NCBI RefSeq assembly: GCF_964355755.1 | Contig: NC_092672.1 | Location: 9,858,001-9,922,000 of the forward strand | Length of the DNA: 64,000 nucleotides | Direction of reading: 5' to 3' | From: Antedon mediterranea | Taxonomy: Eukaryota; Animalia; Echinodermata | Part shown: positions 1 through 13,495 of the stretch, piece after piece | How the letters are laid out: each line of letters begins with the position of its first letter | Numbering within the stretch: position 1 is the first letter of the stretch | Made by a program: the position numbers and the translations under genes | Notes under the pieces: model-generated | The model's database searches: none | What the model saw: only the letters and a program-made list of their open reading frames with translations | Told to the model about the DNA's origin: nothing

Positions 1-1249
1 TATTATTATTATTATTATAAAATGAGGAACATATCAAGTAGCATAGTTTTCTATTAATACTATCAATACAATTTCATAAATTTAATACATGTTAACGTTA
101 CATAAATAACAACTTTAGGCATGCATATCAAGCATTAATAACAGTGATAACCCAGAAAACAATAGAAGTTTGTACCAAATATGTTTCAACCAAATATAAT
201 ATCATTGCTTTGGTTTATGTTTTTTTAAATTTTATTTAGTAATATTTTTGTGTCAAATTCTGATAGATATTACCAGGAAAAGTGTTTAACATGTGATATA
301 TCATTACGCTGCCATGCGCAATACAAACAAATTAATTATTTTTTTTAAACTAGCAAAGCTTGTATAAAACAATAGATTTTATTGATTTTAAAAATTGTTA
401 AAATGATGAGCACTCCGCCGCATCAAATATTGATTGCCCTCTGTTAAACTTGTGCTTGCAAAAATGATCTACACATTCTGGGATTCTTTCAACTGTGTAT
501 AGGAGAAAGATAGTATAGCATAAGTAAATTCCATAATAAATTGGTCACTTTTCCGAGAGACGAACAAGGAGAAATGTATGTTTTAACCGTGTGGCCAACC
601 CCTTTTCATGGGACACCCATATTTGTTGGGTGCTGAAGGACATACTCTATAGCGTATTCATCACATGTGATCCTGTATTTATACTAATTTCCATACAGAA
701 CTCATGACACACTGATTCTGTCCATGATACTGTAAAATATATGCCATATAGCCTGAGAATCGTGTGTAGTTTCTGACTTAGTAACTTTTCAACTTGTTTA
801 TTACTTTAAAACACGTCAACATATCAAGCTATAATAGGTGGTAACATAAATATAAAAATAATATATATTACGTAGTGTGTGCTTAGCTATTTTAAGAGTT
901 TTAATTTGAGACCAATTATTATGAGTGTAAATGTAAATTTTAATAATAATCATGGCCTTATTTATTGTACATTGTTTGAATGACACTTGTATATACTTTT
1001 GGCTAATGCTATAATGTGAGAATGGGCGCTAATTTTTATGTGTGATAAAATTATTAATTTAAAACTTGTGAATTATGTTGGACAGTGTTGTTTAAGAATA
1101 AATTTGGGTGATTAAATAAAATATAATAACTTTAGAAAGTTCAATTATGTTTATTTTCGTTTTAAACATTTAATTATTCTATGCACAAAAATTAAGTTAA
1201 AGGTGTATAGATTAAGTAGGTCAAATAGTTTCTTTGAAATGTTGGTATA

Positions 1250-1516
1250 CAGTAGACCCCTTCTTTAGGACACCCTTATTCAGGACACCCTTATTCAAGG
1301 GACACATTACTGTGAAACGAGAGGAGATATATCTTTTAACACTACAGCCAACCCCACTCAGGGGAGACATTACTGTGAAAAGAGGGGAGATACAGTATAT
1401 CTTTTAACACTACAGCCAACACCACTCGGGGGAGACATTCTTATGAAAACGAGGGAAATGTTTTAACACTGCAGGCAACCCCTAATACTTGTGTCCCTTT
1501 AATAAGAATCCTTCTG
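1250..1516. mobile_element. Non-autonomous Tc1/mariner-type MITE with internal ~63-bp tandem repeats
   Basis: TA|CAGTAGACCCC...GGACAC left end and GTGTCCC...CTTCTG|TA right end. About 3 internal copies of ACATTACTGTGAAA..GAG..TTTTAACACTACAGCCAAC. Related pieces at ~560-620, ~8680-8765, 12268-12610 and 28802-28950. Confidence 0.6.
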
Positions 1517-3559
1517 TATAAACATTTTGTGTTTTTGTGCACAATTACATTGAATACTGTATCACCTTTGGGTCTTTCTTTTCCAAAATATACAGGTTCC
1601 TGCTTAGGTGTCAAATTCAATGTTTTTTTTTAACACAAAACATTAAATTAACACTAACTAACTAATTGATAAGACAGTAATGCAATGTAATTAATATATT
1701 TATATTTGTGATATTATAACATGTAAAGTGTAGATAATTATATATAACCCAATTATGATATAAAACACTCTAATTTAAACACATGTTCATGTAAATATGA
1801 ATAATGTGATTGGATACAAACAAAGGTTAATAACAACCATTGGCTTATTAATAAACGTATTCAATCACATTTTAGAAATAAAGAAAATCCCTTTCTTGTT
1901 TTTTGAATGCATACATTTGGATACATGGCAGTAAAACTAGATACTAAATGTTTCAGCCTTCTTTAGAATGGGAATTAAGACATTGTATCAGTGGGTATTT
2001 GTATGTGGTTTTAATTGAATCTAAACGTCAACTCATGTGACTTTTATTTCATGTTCATATTGAGAGATTGTTTTCAATTTTAAAGATTATTAAGTGATAG
2101 TGCTGACTTAGTACCAAGTATACTTTTTCTGCTTAAGTGGTTCTAATTATTTAGTACATTATTTTGTATCATTATGGCAAATGCACATTAATCTAATGTA
2201 CGGTATATGTTGATAAAACTGATATGCTTTCAAGCCTAACTAACACGGTTGTTTCAGATGTGCCCTCCACATGAAATATAGTCTTTCCAAAGTTATTTTA
2301 ATAGTCGTATAGCGTTTAACCTAGGTGGTGACTCTTTTATTTTTGTTTTAATAGCGTTGTATATGAATTTATTCAATAGATCTTGCGTTTTGCCCTTACA
2401 AAGTACTATAATGTCACCGTGCAATTTTAGTTGTATTTTGATGGTTTTGTTTGAAAAATAAAATGACTTTTTTTTCTTTAAAATGTCATAGTATCAACTT
2501 GCCACAAAATACTTATTGTTTTCTTTGTTATTGTCAGAAAGTAATTTTGTATCCAATAATAATATGCCAGTGAGTTTATAACTTACATTTAATATTCAAT
2601 TACATTAGATATACAGTATAATTTATTAATGTAATAAGAATTTCTTTTTATACATTGTGTTGCTATCTTTATAAAACTTTTGAACCCAATTCTTAGTGTT
2701 GTGTCCTCCACATATTGCAATATTTGCCCAGTGTCATAGGAAAATTCTGTAATTCATCATCTAGTTGATATGTGAAACACATGTGATGCTCTAATTACAA
2801 AGTTATCATATGATACTGGAGAAAGTATCGAGAATTGAGTGAAGTTTGATAGGAAATATACAAAATTAAATAGATATAATATAGCTATAGGCTAGGCTAC
2901 TATTGTAAGTTTGATGATCGTAATAGCTAAACTTCAGTTGATGACTCTGGAGTAGTTATCTAATATTTTCAATTTAAAGATAACTCATAATCAATTTAAT
3001 TTAATTACTTTAATTTATGTAGTGAAAATAAAATCATACCAAACTATTATTTACCTCTTATACAAGTATTTGGTATCCTATAAATATTTCATATTTTTGT
3101 ATCTGAAATGACTCTGTGAACCATTTAAATGTTGTTTTTATAGATAGATGAACATTTATAAAATAATTAAGACTATACATTGCGAAGAATGGACGTATTT
3201 TTAATTGTATATACTATACAACAGACTGGTGTATATAATATATTGTACTGTATTTGAAATCAAGAAAATATGAAGAAGTATGTAAAGAATAGTAGCTTGA
3301 AAATTGTGTGTTTGCAAGAGAATTTTAATAAAGATTTAGGGAGGCTTATGCATTGTTTTTTGTTATTTCTTTACTGGATGTTATTTTTACAGTACCGGTA
3401 AAACATTTGTAATCTTCTATATCATTATTACAATGTAGGCCTATCTTGATGTTCAATATAATAATAAATAAATAAGATAATGAAGTATAACAATAAAAAA
3501 AATATGAAATGCGATAATATACATCATTTCCATGAGTCCTTAATAATAATGTGATACTT

Positions 3560-3662
3560 TTCATATTGGTTGGTTTTCTGATTGGTTAGAAGTTGCCAAG
3601 ACTAGTTTACGTTATCTGATTGGCTACTCAGCAACCGGGGAGAAAGCGCGCGCTGCGCGTAC
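3560..3662 (+). promoter_or_regulatory. Candidate Pol II promoter (inverted CCAAT boxes plus a CpG-rich patch)
   Basis: Three ATTGG motifs (~3565, ~3581, ~3619) followed by GCGCGCGCTGCGCG at ~3646-3659, directly upstream of an exon-like segment that ends in a consensus donor. Confidence 0.55.
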
Positions 3663-3863
3663 AGACGATTGCCGTGGTGATATTCGAATGTTTCTGTCAT
3701 GGAATGCATAGTGATCGCTGCTGCTGAATAATCACAAGCTATCGCTCTGGACTGAAATTGGTCTGAAATGATTTCTGTTTCATTTCATAATATATTTTCT
3801 TGATGCATGCCTAGGAATAGTCTGCTACAACTTTCTACCGGTAACAGGATTACGTTATTTGAG
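3661..3863 (+). other. Probable non-coding first exon (5' UTR)
   Basis: Ends in GAG|GTAAGT, a perfect donor (GT at 3864). No long ORF. Followed by CpG- and TAGGCCTA-rich intron-like sequence. The start is approximate. Confidence 0.5.
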
Positions 3864-6800
3864 GTAAGTAGTGTGTATTTGGATGTGTAATTGTGCCTCA
3901 CACAAGGCTAGCTAGGCCTAGCCGCCTAGAATGACATGAAATGAATGTTGCGTCTGCGGTTCGAACTTATTTGGTCGCCTAGTAGGCGCCCTAAGCCCTA
4001 AGTAGTGGCTTAATGTCGTAGACGGTCTTCTTACTCTAGAACTACCTAGAACGGAATAGAGGGGCCTAGCTATTCTAGGATTAGATACGTTTCTGATTAT
4101 TAGGTTGTTAGGAACTTAGTCTTAGGCCTAAAAGTAAGTCTACTTTTTTATACTAAAAGCTTATTATTGATGAATAATAAAGTTGTAGGCTACTTGGCCT
4201 TAAGGTCAATTTTCACAAGAGCAGTAACGGTTAGCGGACGTTTAGGCTGACCGTGATATGCAATGGATGGTTATTTTATTGCAGAATTTTAATTAACATT
4301 TATTTTATTATTTTGTAAATAAAAACTGTAGGCATGATACATTAGATCCATATTAAATATTGATAAGGTTCTAAACTATTTAAAAATAGCGTAGATGTAT
4401 TCCATTCTTTGGAGCTCAGTGGCCTAGCTGCAGCAGGTAAAAGAGGAAGTTTATTTCCTTGATAAAATTGGCCTACACATTTTTTGGATTGTGCCCTTGT
4501 AGGGATGTGCATCAGATAGACGGATGTCCCTCAAAGGATGAGGAGTTGTAGTTAAATATAAACTCTGTATCGACCTTGACATCAGTGTCTATTGCATCGA
4601 TAGTTAATTGTTAATTATTAAGCAGGGGTTATAGAAGTTGTGATCCTATAACATAGCGATTTAACATTTAATATCTTAATGTGCTTACTGTTTTAGGGTC
4701 TCGTATGCATTGTTGAATGGTAATTTGGATTCATTAAACGTTTTGCATTATCTTGCAATTCAATCAGCAGGCCTAATTTTTATCCAATTATATAAAGATC
4801 ATATTGCATGAAACACGTGTCTCTATAGGTAACAATCATACGTTCTGATTTATACCGACGTTGGTGATCTTTCTAACATTCTATCATAATTTCAAAATAT
4901 GATGGTCCTATCAATCTTGATTGTGGTCAATACTACATTAATCGTCGACATTTTTGCCCCAGGCCATCCTTATTTCTAAATAGCCTACCCATTTTTTTGT
5001 AGTTTGATTAATCAGGGAAGTATACAAATAATAACCTATTTTGATACCACCCTGGATAAATTATAATCCTCCACTCCACTCGGATAATTGCTGGATGGAT
5101 CACCTCCTTATATATGCTAAAAAAACAAACAAAAAAACGGAATCTATGAAAATGGGAAACTCTCCAAACCAGACTTTTCTTGGACCAAAATTCAATTCAC
5201 ATTCGGAGTTTCTATCGACCAAACGGTACGTCGGTATGTCAGACTTGACTACTACATTGGTGTAAAGTAAACTTCTATATTAATAGTTGAGTATAACCAT
5301 ACCTCCATGGTATAACAGGCTGGTACAGTGGGTATACTGTAGGGTGTCGATGATTGCTGTGCTCTGGTCATCGATCTGAATAATATATATATATTTCATA
5401 TTTACGCATAGTAAAATAGTATATTTAGCATCGGGTTAAACTGTATCAAAACTTTTGCTTCAATGTTTGTTGATTCTTTGTCACTGTCGCCACTAGGTGA
5501 TTATCGTTGTCGTATGATCTAGGATATCACAAGTGACAGGATGTAGATTGATTTTAAAACGATAGCCTGAAACGTTATAAGGTAACGAAAATATGACATC
5601 CATCATCGGCTTCTTTTTCCCAGTATTAACTATTATTAATTTGTTTTTGACGTTTTAGAAGTTTGCTAAAGCATACCATATCGATCTTCCATGTTCTCTT
5701 GACGACAGGTAATATATATAACTGCACCTTTAAGTGGATGTTAGTGAAAAACCAAATTGTTGTTCATCGACAAAATACAATATTACGCCAGTCCGTCCAT
5801 TCAATTCAAGTTCCATTGTTGCTACTTGTATGGACATGGATAACTTTCATGTTGAAAGTGATGATAAAGAATAATTTCTTTAAAAAACCAAGTTAAATAT
5901 ATCTTGAAGGTCTGCACAAAAGATTGTAAATATTGTATTGTAAAACAAATATTGTTGAATTGCAGAATATTGTTTGAAGTGGGGTTCACACACTGCGAAA
6001 TTTAATGTATAAAGCAATATACAGTTGTTGTTCATGTTCATACAAGCAAGGTGGTCATATTTTGTTCAATTTATCTCTAAGCTGTATCTATACGGCTATG
6101 TAAGTTGACAACTGTCCAGTACACCCTAAGACTTTCTCAGCACGGTAATTTAAGGTAATATTACAAGATCTTCTGTTGATTATCTCTTATGTCATCACAC
6201 AGTAGAGGTAAGCTATTTAAAACAATAATGATACAACTCTTGATTCATTATGTGACATTATATGAACACACCCTACACAAATCGGCCTTTAACGCTTTGT
6301 TTTAGCTTGTGAAGTCAGATGCTTAACCTTTTCCATACGAGTGTTTATATTTGCTTAGAATTTAACCCATACCTTTCGAGGGAGGAGGAATGACGGTCTT
6401 TATGTAAAAAAAAAATGCTTGCGGTAATATTTAATATATAGTGTCCAATCAATTTAGCACATCGAGAATCATCGTAATACAAATTTCTGCATCATTGAGT
6501 TTTCACATCACTTTGGACTTATCATGATTGTACGGTAACACGTCAGCAGATTTTTTTTTCTTTGAAATGGTTTTTTGATTTGCTAACTGTAAGTATACGC
6601 TTTATTATACGTTTTTTTGGCTGTGTTGTAAAATGTATTGTATAGAATAATACGTATCTGAACAACAATATAAGATAGATCTAAGAAGATTATTTATTTG
6701 TGTAATTCACAAGCACAAACATTTTGACTCGTTAACATCAGCGCATATGTTCTCTATTTTGACTCTACAGCTCATTGTGTCGGTTGGTCGGTCGATTGGT

Positions 6801-8677
6801 CTGTAAACACTAACTCAAATTTGAGCACGCGACTGCAGCCATGTATTATGGCCTTCTTTTTCCAGATTGTACATTTTATAGAATGAACTAAGTTTGTTTT
6901 GGTCGAAGTATCTAAACCATTTTGTAAGTTGTCCAAGTATGATGAACATGTGCATATTATATTAGTTATTTTAATTTCTATATTTATTTAAATAAACATC
7001 GACTTTTTTAATTCTTTTGGAAAAGATTAATTGACAATAGAGTGTTCTAAAGCGCCCTCTGCGTATAATTATAAACGATACCTGTTTGCACGTAAAATCG
7101 ATCATCAATTTGAAGTATCTAAGTTATCGTGTCACCATTTATTGAAATTTCGTCAACGTTTTCCACAGCCTATGGTAATACAATTTATGTCATATACTAC
7201 AATAAGGTAGGACATTAATTTCTAAGACCGGCTTTCTTATTGTTTTCTTACTTTACCACGTAGGCCTAGGCCACGATTTATAATATCATGCTACGATGGG
7301 CCTACTATTTTATGTATGATTAGTATTTACTATTCGTTGGTGACATTCACGTTTGCAAAATTAGCATAGTTAGTTGCTAAGTTACAAAAAAAAATATTTT
7401 GATACAATAATTAAATGTAAAAGTAACGTTTATTTATTAAAGATTAGTTTTATGTTTAATATAACAATTTCATGTACTATACTCGCAGACACATTATTTA
7501 ACTCGATATTTTCCTAAGTACCTGATTATGTGCTGTTCATTAATAACCGTTTTATCCTTTTTTTCTTATGCGCTATAGGATATTTCAACAAAACTATTTA
7601 AATTTCTTTTTATGTTGATAATTCACTATAATTACCGTACAGTTCATTATACTATGTGTTTAAGTAAAACATTTGCTATCAATTCATGATACAACAACAC
7701 AGAATCGCACTACGATATTCAACGTAATAGCTGTAAATTAGCGCATGTATATATTTCATTTTTTACATTTATAAAGATCGACATATTTAAGGCTTACTCT
7801 TTTAATACGGTAATTATTATCAAAATATCATTAAACGATACACTTTGTATTTTTGAAAATGAGTTGATAATAATTACTAAGGAACACGGTAAAATGAATG
7901 TTATCACCGTAATTGCGGTACTATAAAGGACTTTATATTAATAATCACGTTAATTATGCACATACATAATTTTTCCAAGGTCCATATTCGTTTTTCGTTT
8001 ACAAATTTAATAAGTACATGGATTCATTAATTCAATCATTCCTTGATAATAATATGAACGATTGTTTCCAAAAAGATGGTAAGCATCTGCCTAAATATAA
8101 AGGATTCAATACAGCTGAAAACCCCATGTTATGTTTAAAACACATTTTATAATCTACAAATCGATATTATTCGAGTATGGTCATTTAGGCCTATAAAAAC
8201 AGAAATACTATTTTTTTTTAAAGCTGCTTTGCATTTAGCTCAACGTAATTATAATAATCGGTAAAAAGAGATTTAAATCTAATACACGGTCTGGTGGGAA
8301 AACACAAAATGAGTTATACAGATTGATTTATCTATTTATACCTAATTGCGTTGGAAATTATGACTTTTTTTTAATGCATAGTTGTGTATTAATGTTAGTC
8401 TAGAGTGTAAATACAATGCTAACGTGTTTAGTGTGATACTTTGCCACACACATTTCGCTAACATGAGACATATCATCACAATCAATAAAATTGTGTGACG
8501 GTGTAATCAGTTCCGTTTTGGCGCCTTGTTATTACGGATATTGTGTAGGCCTACAGATCGGTATACTTTATTTCTCAACGATATAAGAAATAAGAAAAAC
8601 TAAAAAACCGAATAATAACAATTTAGTCAAATATAACTGTAGAAAATCCAGAAGTCTTACCCGGAGTTTCCCATGAG

Positions 8678-8765
8678 ATATTGGCCGTAGTGTTAAAACA
8701 TTATTTTCCCTCATTCGTTTTTCGGGAAAGTGTCCCCTTAAAAGGGTGTCCTCGGAATATAGGCT
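8678..8765 (-). mobile_element. Fragment of the mariner-type MITE family seen at 1250-1516
   Basis: TTGGCCGTAGTGTTAAAACA...GTGTCCCCTTAAAAGGGTGTCC resembles the reverse complement of that MITE's internal and subterminal motifs. Confidence 0.4.
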
Positions 8766-10106
8766 GTCTCAAAAGATATCAGGAAAATAGACCCAGATCT
8801 TGTCTTTATCCATCGGGTTGTTTGAAAGTGTTTGATTATATTGCAATTAAGCCATCATAAATATGGAGATGATATATTAAATCGTATAAAAGCAGAACGT
8901 TCTTTTGTCGGAACCATTTCTTAATATTCGATTGAATGTCACGTTAGGTCACTGGTGATGGAAATAAATTGTTATTGAAAGATATAATATCCACCCGTGC
9001 TTATTACATAAGATCTCCTGTTATACATTTCGGTACGCTTTCCTTTTATCTAAAACTAGATCAGGTCATATAATTGTTTTATTGTCTCAACTACGATTTT
9101 ATCGATAGTATCAACAGTAGTAGAAAATTGATAGTTTGATCGATGATTTGTTGTTGATTCCATTCCCATTAAGACAAAGTATAACTTTACCTGCTACGTG
9201 GACAGTTCCTGATTAATATCTGCAGATTCACAATGCCTAAACCCATGCTCTGGTTGTTGATTACGGTGGCTTTTATGCCTTTTATTTCTAAATACATATA
9301 AAGAAAGGTTATGTCTTTATAGTTGATTGCTTTTTAATTCACCAACACTGTTTTTAATCAAAGCTTGATTCCCACTTGTAGGCAACACAAGTGTGTTGAC
9401 CAATCCCAAACGACAGTTCTGACGATCCACCGCGTCGTGATTGGTTAATTTACTTCTGGTGCCAAATTGGAACCAAGCGTTACTTCTAATAAGCAAAATA
9501 CTGATAAGAATATGGGATTCAATGCACCAATAAATAACACATTTAGATGAATAAATTAAGAATGAACGTTGAAAATGACAAGGTTTGTCGCCTAATGCCC
9601 TTTCCATCCCGCCATATTGTCCCTTACAGCAACGGACATAATGAATACTTTTTTTTAATTCAAACCATTAATATGTTTTACGGACCATCAATTTAACTGT
9701 CGATGTTTAATGTGACGTTTAGAGTTGATGCTTCTTTCATAGCAAATAACTTTGTTCAGTGTTTCGAACAATTATGTTATTTTAGTAAATATTATTTTAT
9801 TATAACAGGGATTGCTTTAAAAACTAGCATATGCCCTTAACATTAACATTTGGTTTATGTAATACCATTATTGTGGCATTTATCAATATGTTTGCAGAAG
9901 TCAGTACAGTTCAGCAGTGTTTAGGTGAAAAAGGTCTATCAAACTTGGTAAAGCTCGTTACATCTAAAGAAATGTACTAATTGTCTAAGATTTAAGAAAA
10001 ATTATGAAAATAATATATACTTACGTTATTTTTGAATTCGGACTTAAAACAAACTAAAGAAGATTCCATTTCTTTAGGGGTTAGCAAGTTTGATAACTTT
10101 GACCCC

Positions 10107-10305
10107 AGTGGCCGTATTCACCAATCACACTTAAGTGAGATATTTCCCTTAAATCTTAAGAATTTCCCTTAAATCAAGAAAATATTAAGGGTTTCACTTA
10201 AGTGGTATTCACAAATGGTTTAGGTTAAGGGAAACCCTTAACTTGGTCTATTTTCCCCTTAACTTTTAAGGGACCTCAGAGGTCCCTTAAAAGTTCCCTT
10301 AACTA
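10107..10305. mobile_element. DNA-transposon/MITE end with reiterated TTCCCTTAA motifs and a perfect palindrome
   Basis: Starts CAGTGGCCGTATTCAC, with many CCCTTAA/TTAAGGG motifs. AACTTTTAAGGGACCTC-A-GAGGTCCCTTAAAAGTT at 10261-10295 has perfect 17-bp arms. No partner end found. Confidence 0.45.
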
Positions 10306-12267
10306 TTCAGTACCTTGGTTGTGCTGACGATTTTGTATGTGCGAGTACATGCCTACTTGCAGATAGCCCCAGTCTAGGCTAGGTAGAGATGCTAAGGCCC
10401 CCTATTGATCTTTACACTTTAAACCAGTCTATATCTATGGTTATTTATTTGATGTGATGTTATTTTCTGTTGATAAGAAAAGGATAAAATAGTACAATAA
10501 ACTATACATTATATTCAAGGAGAGACTAGAATGGTGATGTTAGTTCCATTCTTCCATTTTGGTCTGGTATACCTCGGTGGTATTCTTGATATGAGGACGC
10601 TGTGTACTACGTCGTCGTCGTCGACCCTTCTTACCTTTCTGGACCGGGATGATGTCATAGGAGGTAGTTTAGCCCATCATACATTGCCATTTGATTTTAT
10701 TTTTTTCCCTAATTCAGGTGGATTATCTAACATTTTGTTAATGATTTTGCTTTCTGAATAATTTTAGTGTATGTGTTGTTATAGTTGAATGGTCACAAAG
10801 AGATTGTTTTTTTTTTTATTTCTGAAACACGTGCATAAGTGGCTTATATTTTGTGCGAATGTTGTTATTAGATAGAATAATCAATAATCAATAATTGTTT
10901 GATTTCGGAGATCGCTATTGAAACCGTTGTTAAAATAAATAATACGACTATGAAAGTAATAACCGGATATGTTTGTTATTCATGAGTTTATAATTTTGAA
11001 CATGCTGGTAAATACGCTTGTTGTTGATGACGGTTGAAGTGATAATGTTATGTAGATTGTTTTTTAATTTAATCTAGAGTATAATAATATAGATCAACTC
11101 CACAATAAATTGACTGTAAACACATTGAATCTCTGTATACTTGCTATACTTTTGATCAACTTTCGCAAATGCATTTACACGTGGCGCGTCATAGAATTTA
11201 CTGCCTGGCCAGTGAACTAGGCATAATATTAAAATACATCGGCTGGGGTTTGAACCTCGACGGATATTTTTTTTCTGTTAATTGTTATATTGTTATATTT
11301 TATATTGTGAAGGATGCACCTTTGTGCTAAGTGTGCCACCGATCTAAAGGTGTAATTCCAAATAAATAAATAAATAAATAAAACATAATTAATACAAACA
11401 ATAGTATTAGTCTGTAATAAACAGTTGGCAATTAACAGTTGGTATTTTATATATATATATAGGCCTATATCCCTGTGTGTTGTTGTATTGGTACTTATTT
11501 TATAATATATATGGAAAACAATAGTAATGGAAAATGTGATAATTATTATTATTATTATAAAAGAAAATGAATAGGTCTACAACTGTACAATTATATTTTA
11601 AGCCTAAACAGATAATAAACAAACATAGCTAATCGAATAGTATGTATATTGTGTATAGTATAACAATGAAAATAAGTTTAGAAAAAAAAATAATGTAGAT
11701 GAGGAACATGTAATATGAAAATAAAAAGTGGGACGAACCCACATAAGATAGAAAAATAATCAATAAATATTTGAAGATTACTTCAGTTTTCATACTGATT
11801 TAACATACATACGACTCGGGTGTAATATTTTACTGAACTCGATGACACTTATAATCCTAGTAATGTATAACCGGTGATCCCTTTAACTTATAATGCATGT
11901 TTAATGATTGCTATATGTCACAAATGTGGCATTTTATATATCAATTTGTTGGTCTGTCAAATCATGTTTTTCCGAATTAAAATCAGGGTCGATGCTTCAT
12001 TATGGTTCATCTTTAAAACTGTTCTAATGGCATAATTGTGTTATAATGTTACCTACGCCTATTCGATTCGTACAGTGAAACCTAAATACCCAAAACCCAC
12101 ACACACAAACCACCCCATATGAATATCAGTGGTGCTCGATTCAATGTAACATATATGATGAACCTTGTAATACCCGTAGTTGTTTATTGATACCTGGTTA
12201 TATTGTTGTGTATTAAAAACAAATACAAATCAACAAATGTGAATTTCATCCCCAGTGTCAAACATAA

Positions 12268-12610
12268 CAGTAGAACTCCTATTGAAGCGTGGTTCCCACT
12301 AGCGACGCAACACAAGGACGTAACGCAACGCAAGTGAATTGACCAATCACAAGCGATGGCTTATTCGCTTGTGATTGCTAACTGTCTATAAATTCGCTTT
12401 TCATTGGTTAAAACGCTTGCGTTGCGTTTACGTCATTGCGTTACGTTCTAGTGGGAACCAAGCTTAAGGGGACAATTTCTTGACGCAATGTATAGTGTCT
12501 TCTTAATTGAGTGTCCCTTGGCCGTAAATAGGTTAAAAAATACCATCTTTTTGAGAATATATACACTTAATGATAGTAGTATGGGTGTCCCAAATTAGAG
12601 GTTCTATTTT
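12268..12610. mobile_element. Mariner-type MITE interrupted by a nested Harbinger-type MITE
   Basis: CAGTAGAACTCCTAT[insert]TAAGGGGACA...TGTCCCAAATTAGAGGTTCTA. Removing 12286-12464 restores a contiguous terminal repeat. Confidence 0.55.
12286..12464. mobile_element. PIF/Harbinger (Tourist-like) MITE, family A
   Basis: Long imperfect TIRs AGCGTGGTTCCCACTAG...CTAGTGGGAACCAAGCT, with flanks TGA/TAA. Close relative, in inverted orientation, of 31287-31440. Confidence 0.8.
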
Positions 12611-13269
12611 ATAATATGGCCTAATTATTCCCAGTGTAAGGTACAAACGTATCTTTGCTTAACAGTCAAATACTCTATCCGGAAAGTAATGTTTACGTTT
12701 ATCATTTAAATTTTATTTGAGCATTAGTGATAAATTTGATTATGATGGTACTGGTAGGATAATAGTCTTTTCATATAATGAATTTGATGCATTTTAGTTA
12801 CTGATGCTCTGCAAGAAGCGTTCAGCAAGCCTGTAATAGGGTTATCGGGCGAAACGAGATGACTTAATTTAATAATTTCTCTAATTGAATGTTTACTCTA
12901 GGAGTGAATAAATATGTCATCTATGTACTAATGATAATTAGTAATGAAAACAACAGGGTGTAGATACTTTCACAGTCCGTCTGCTTTCATATTAAACGAC
13001 TGGAATTGCGACTACTGCTTGGCAACACACGGTGTATATACAGGATTCATTTCGTGATGCGCCATCGACTCGACGTTTTCGGACAGATGTGTTCTCTACG
13101 TGTTATTATACGTCTTACGTCATAGCAGGTCCCACAGCCTGACTACCTGGTTATGCTTGATAAAATATGTCAATGCTTTTGTTTTTAAAGAACTACAATG
13201 TAAGTTTTTTATTGTTTTAAACATGTTATCTAACTGGTGAATTTGTTTTTAATCTAATGTCAATTAGTC

Positions 13270-13495
13270 CGATTTTGACCCGGCGTCCGAGTACACGAAT
13301 CAGCCTGAAGGCTATGAACGTGGTTGCGTTTCTTGATCAATATCAGTAAGTGGGAATATCCAGTCTTTGAAATAATTACGATAATGTGCTGATTGCCATG
13401 GATTTTATCACATGTTAATTTATACGTCGTCCGCTTACGTTTAACACTGCTGTCGATTTCAGGATATATTATTATTATTATAAAGAACAATAACG
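13270..13495 (+). other. Candidate alternative non-coding 5' exon
   Basis: CpG-rich segment ending in ACG|GTAAGA (GT at 13496). No coding signal. The start is uncertain. Confidence 0.3.

Noticed and set aside
10531-10761. 76-aa ORF in a GC-richer patch
   Set aside because: No recognisable motif or supported exon structure on either strand.
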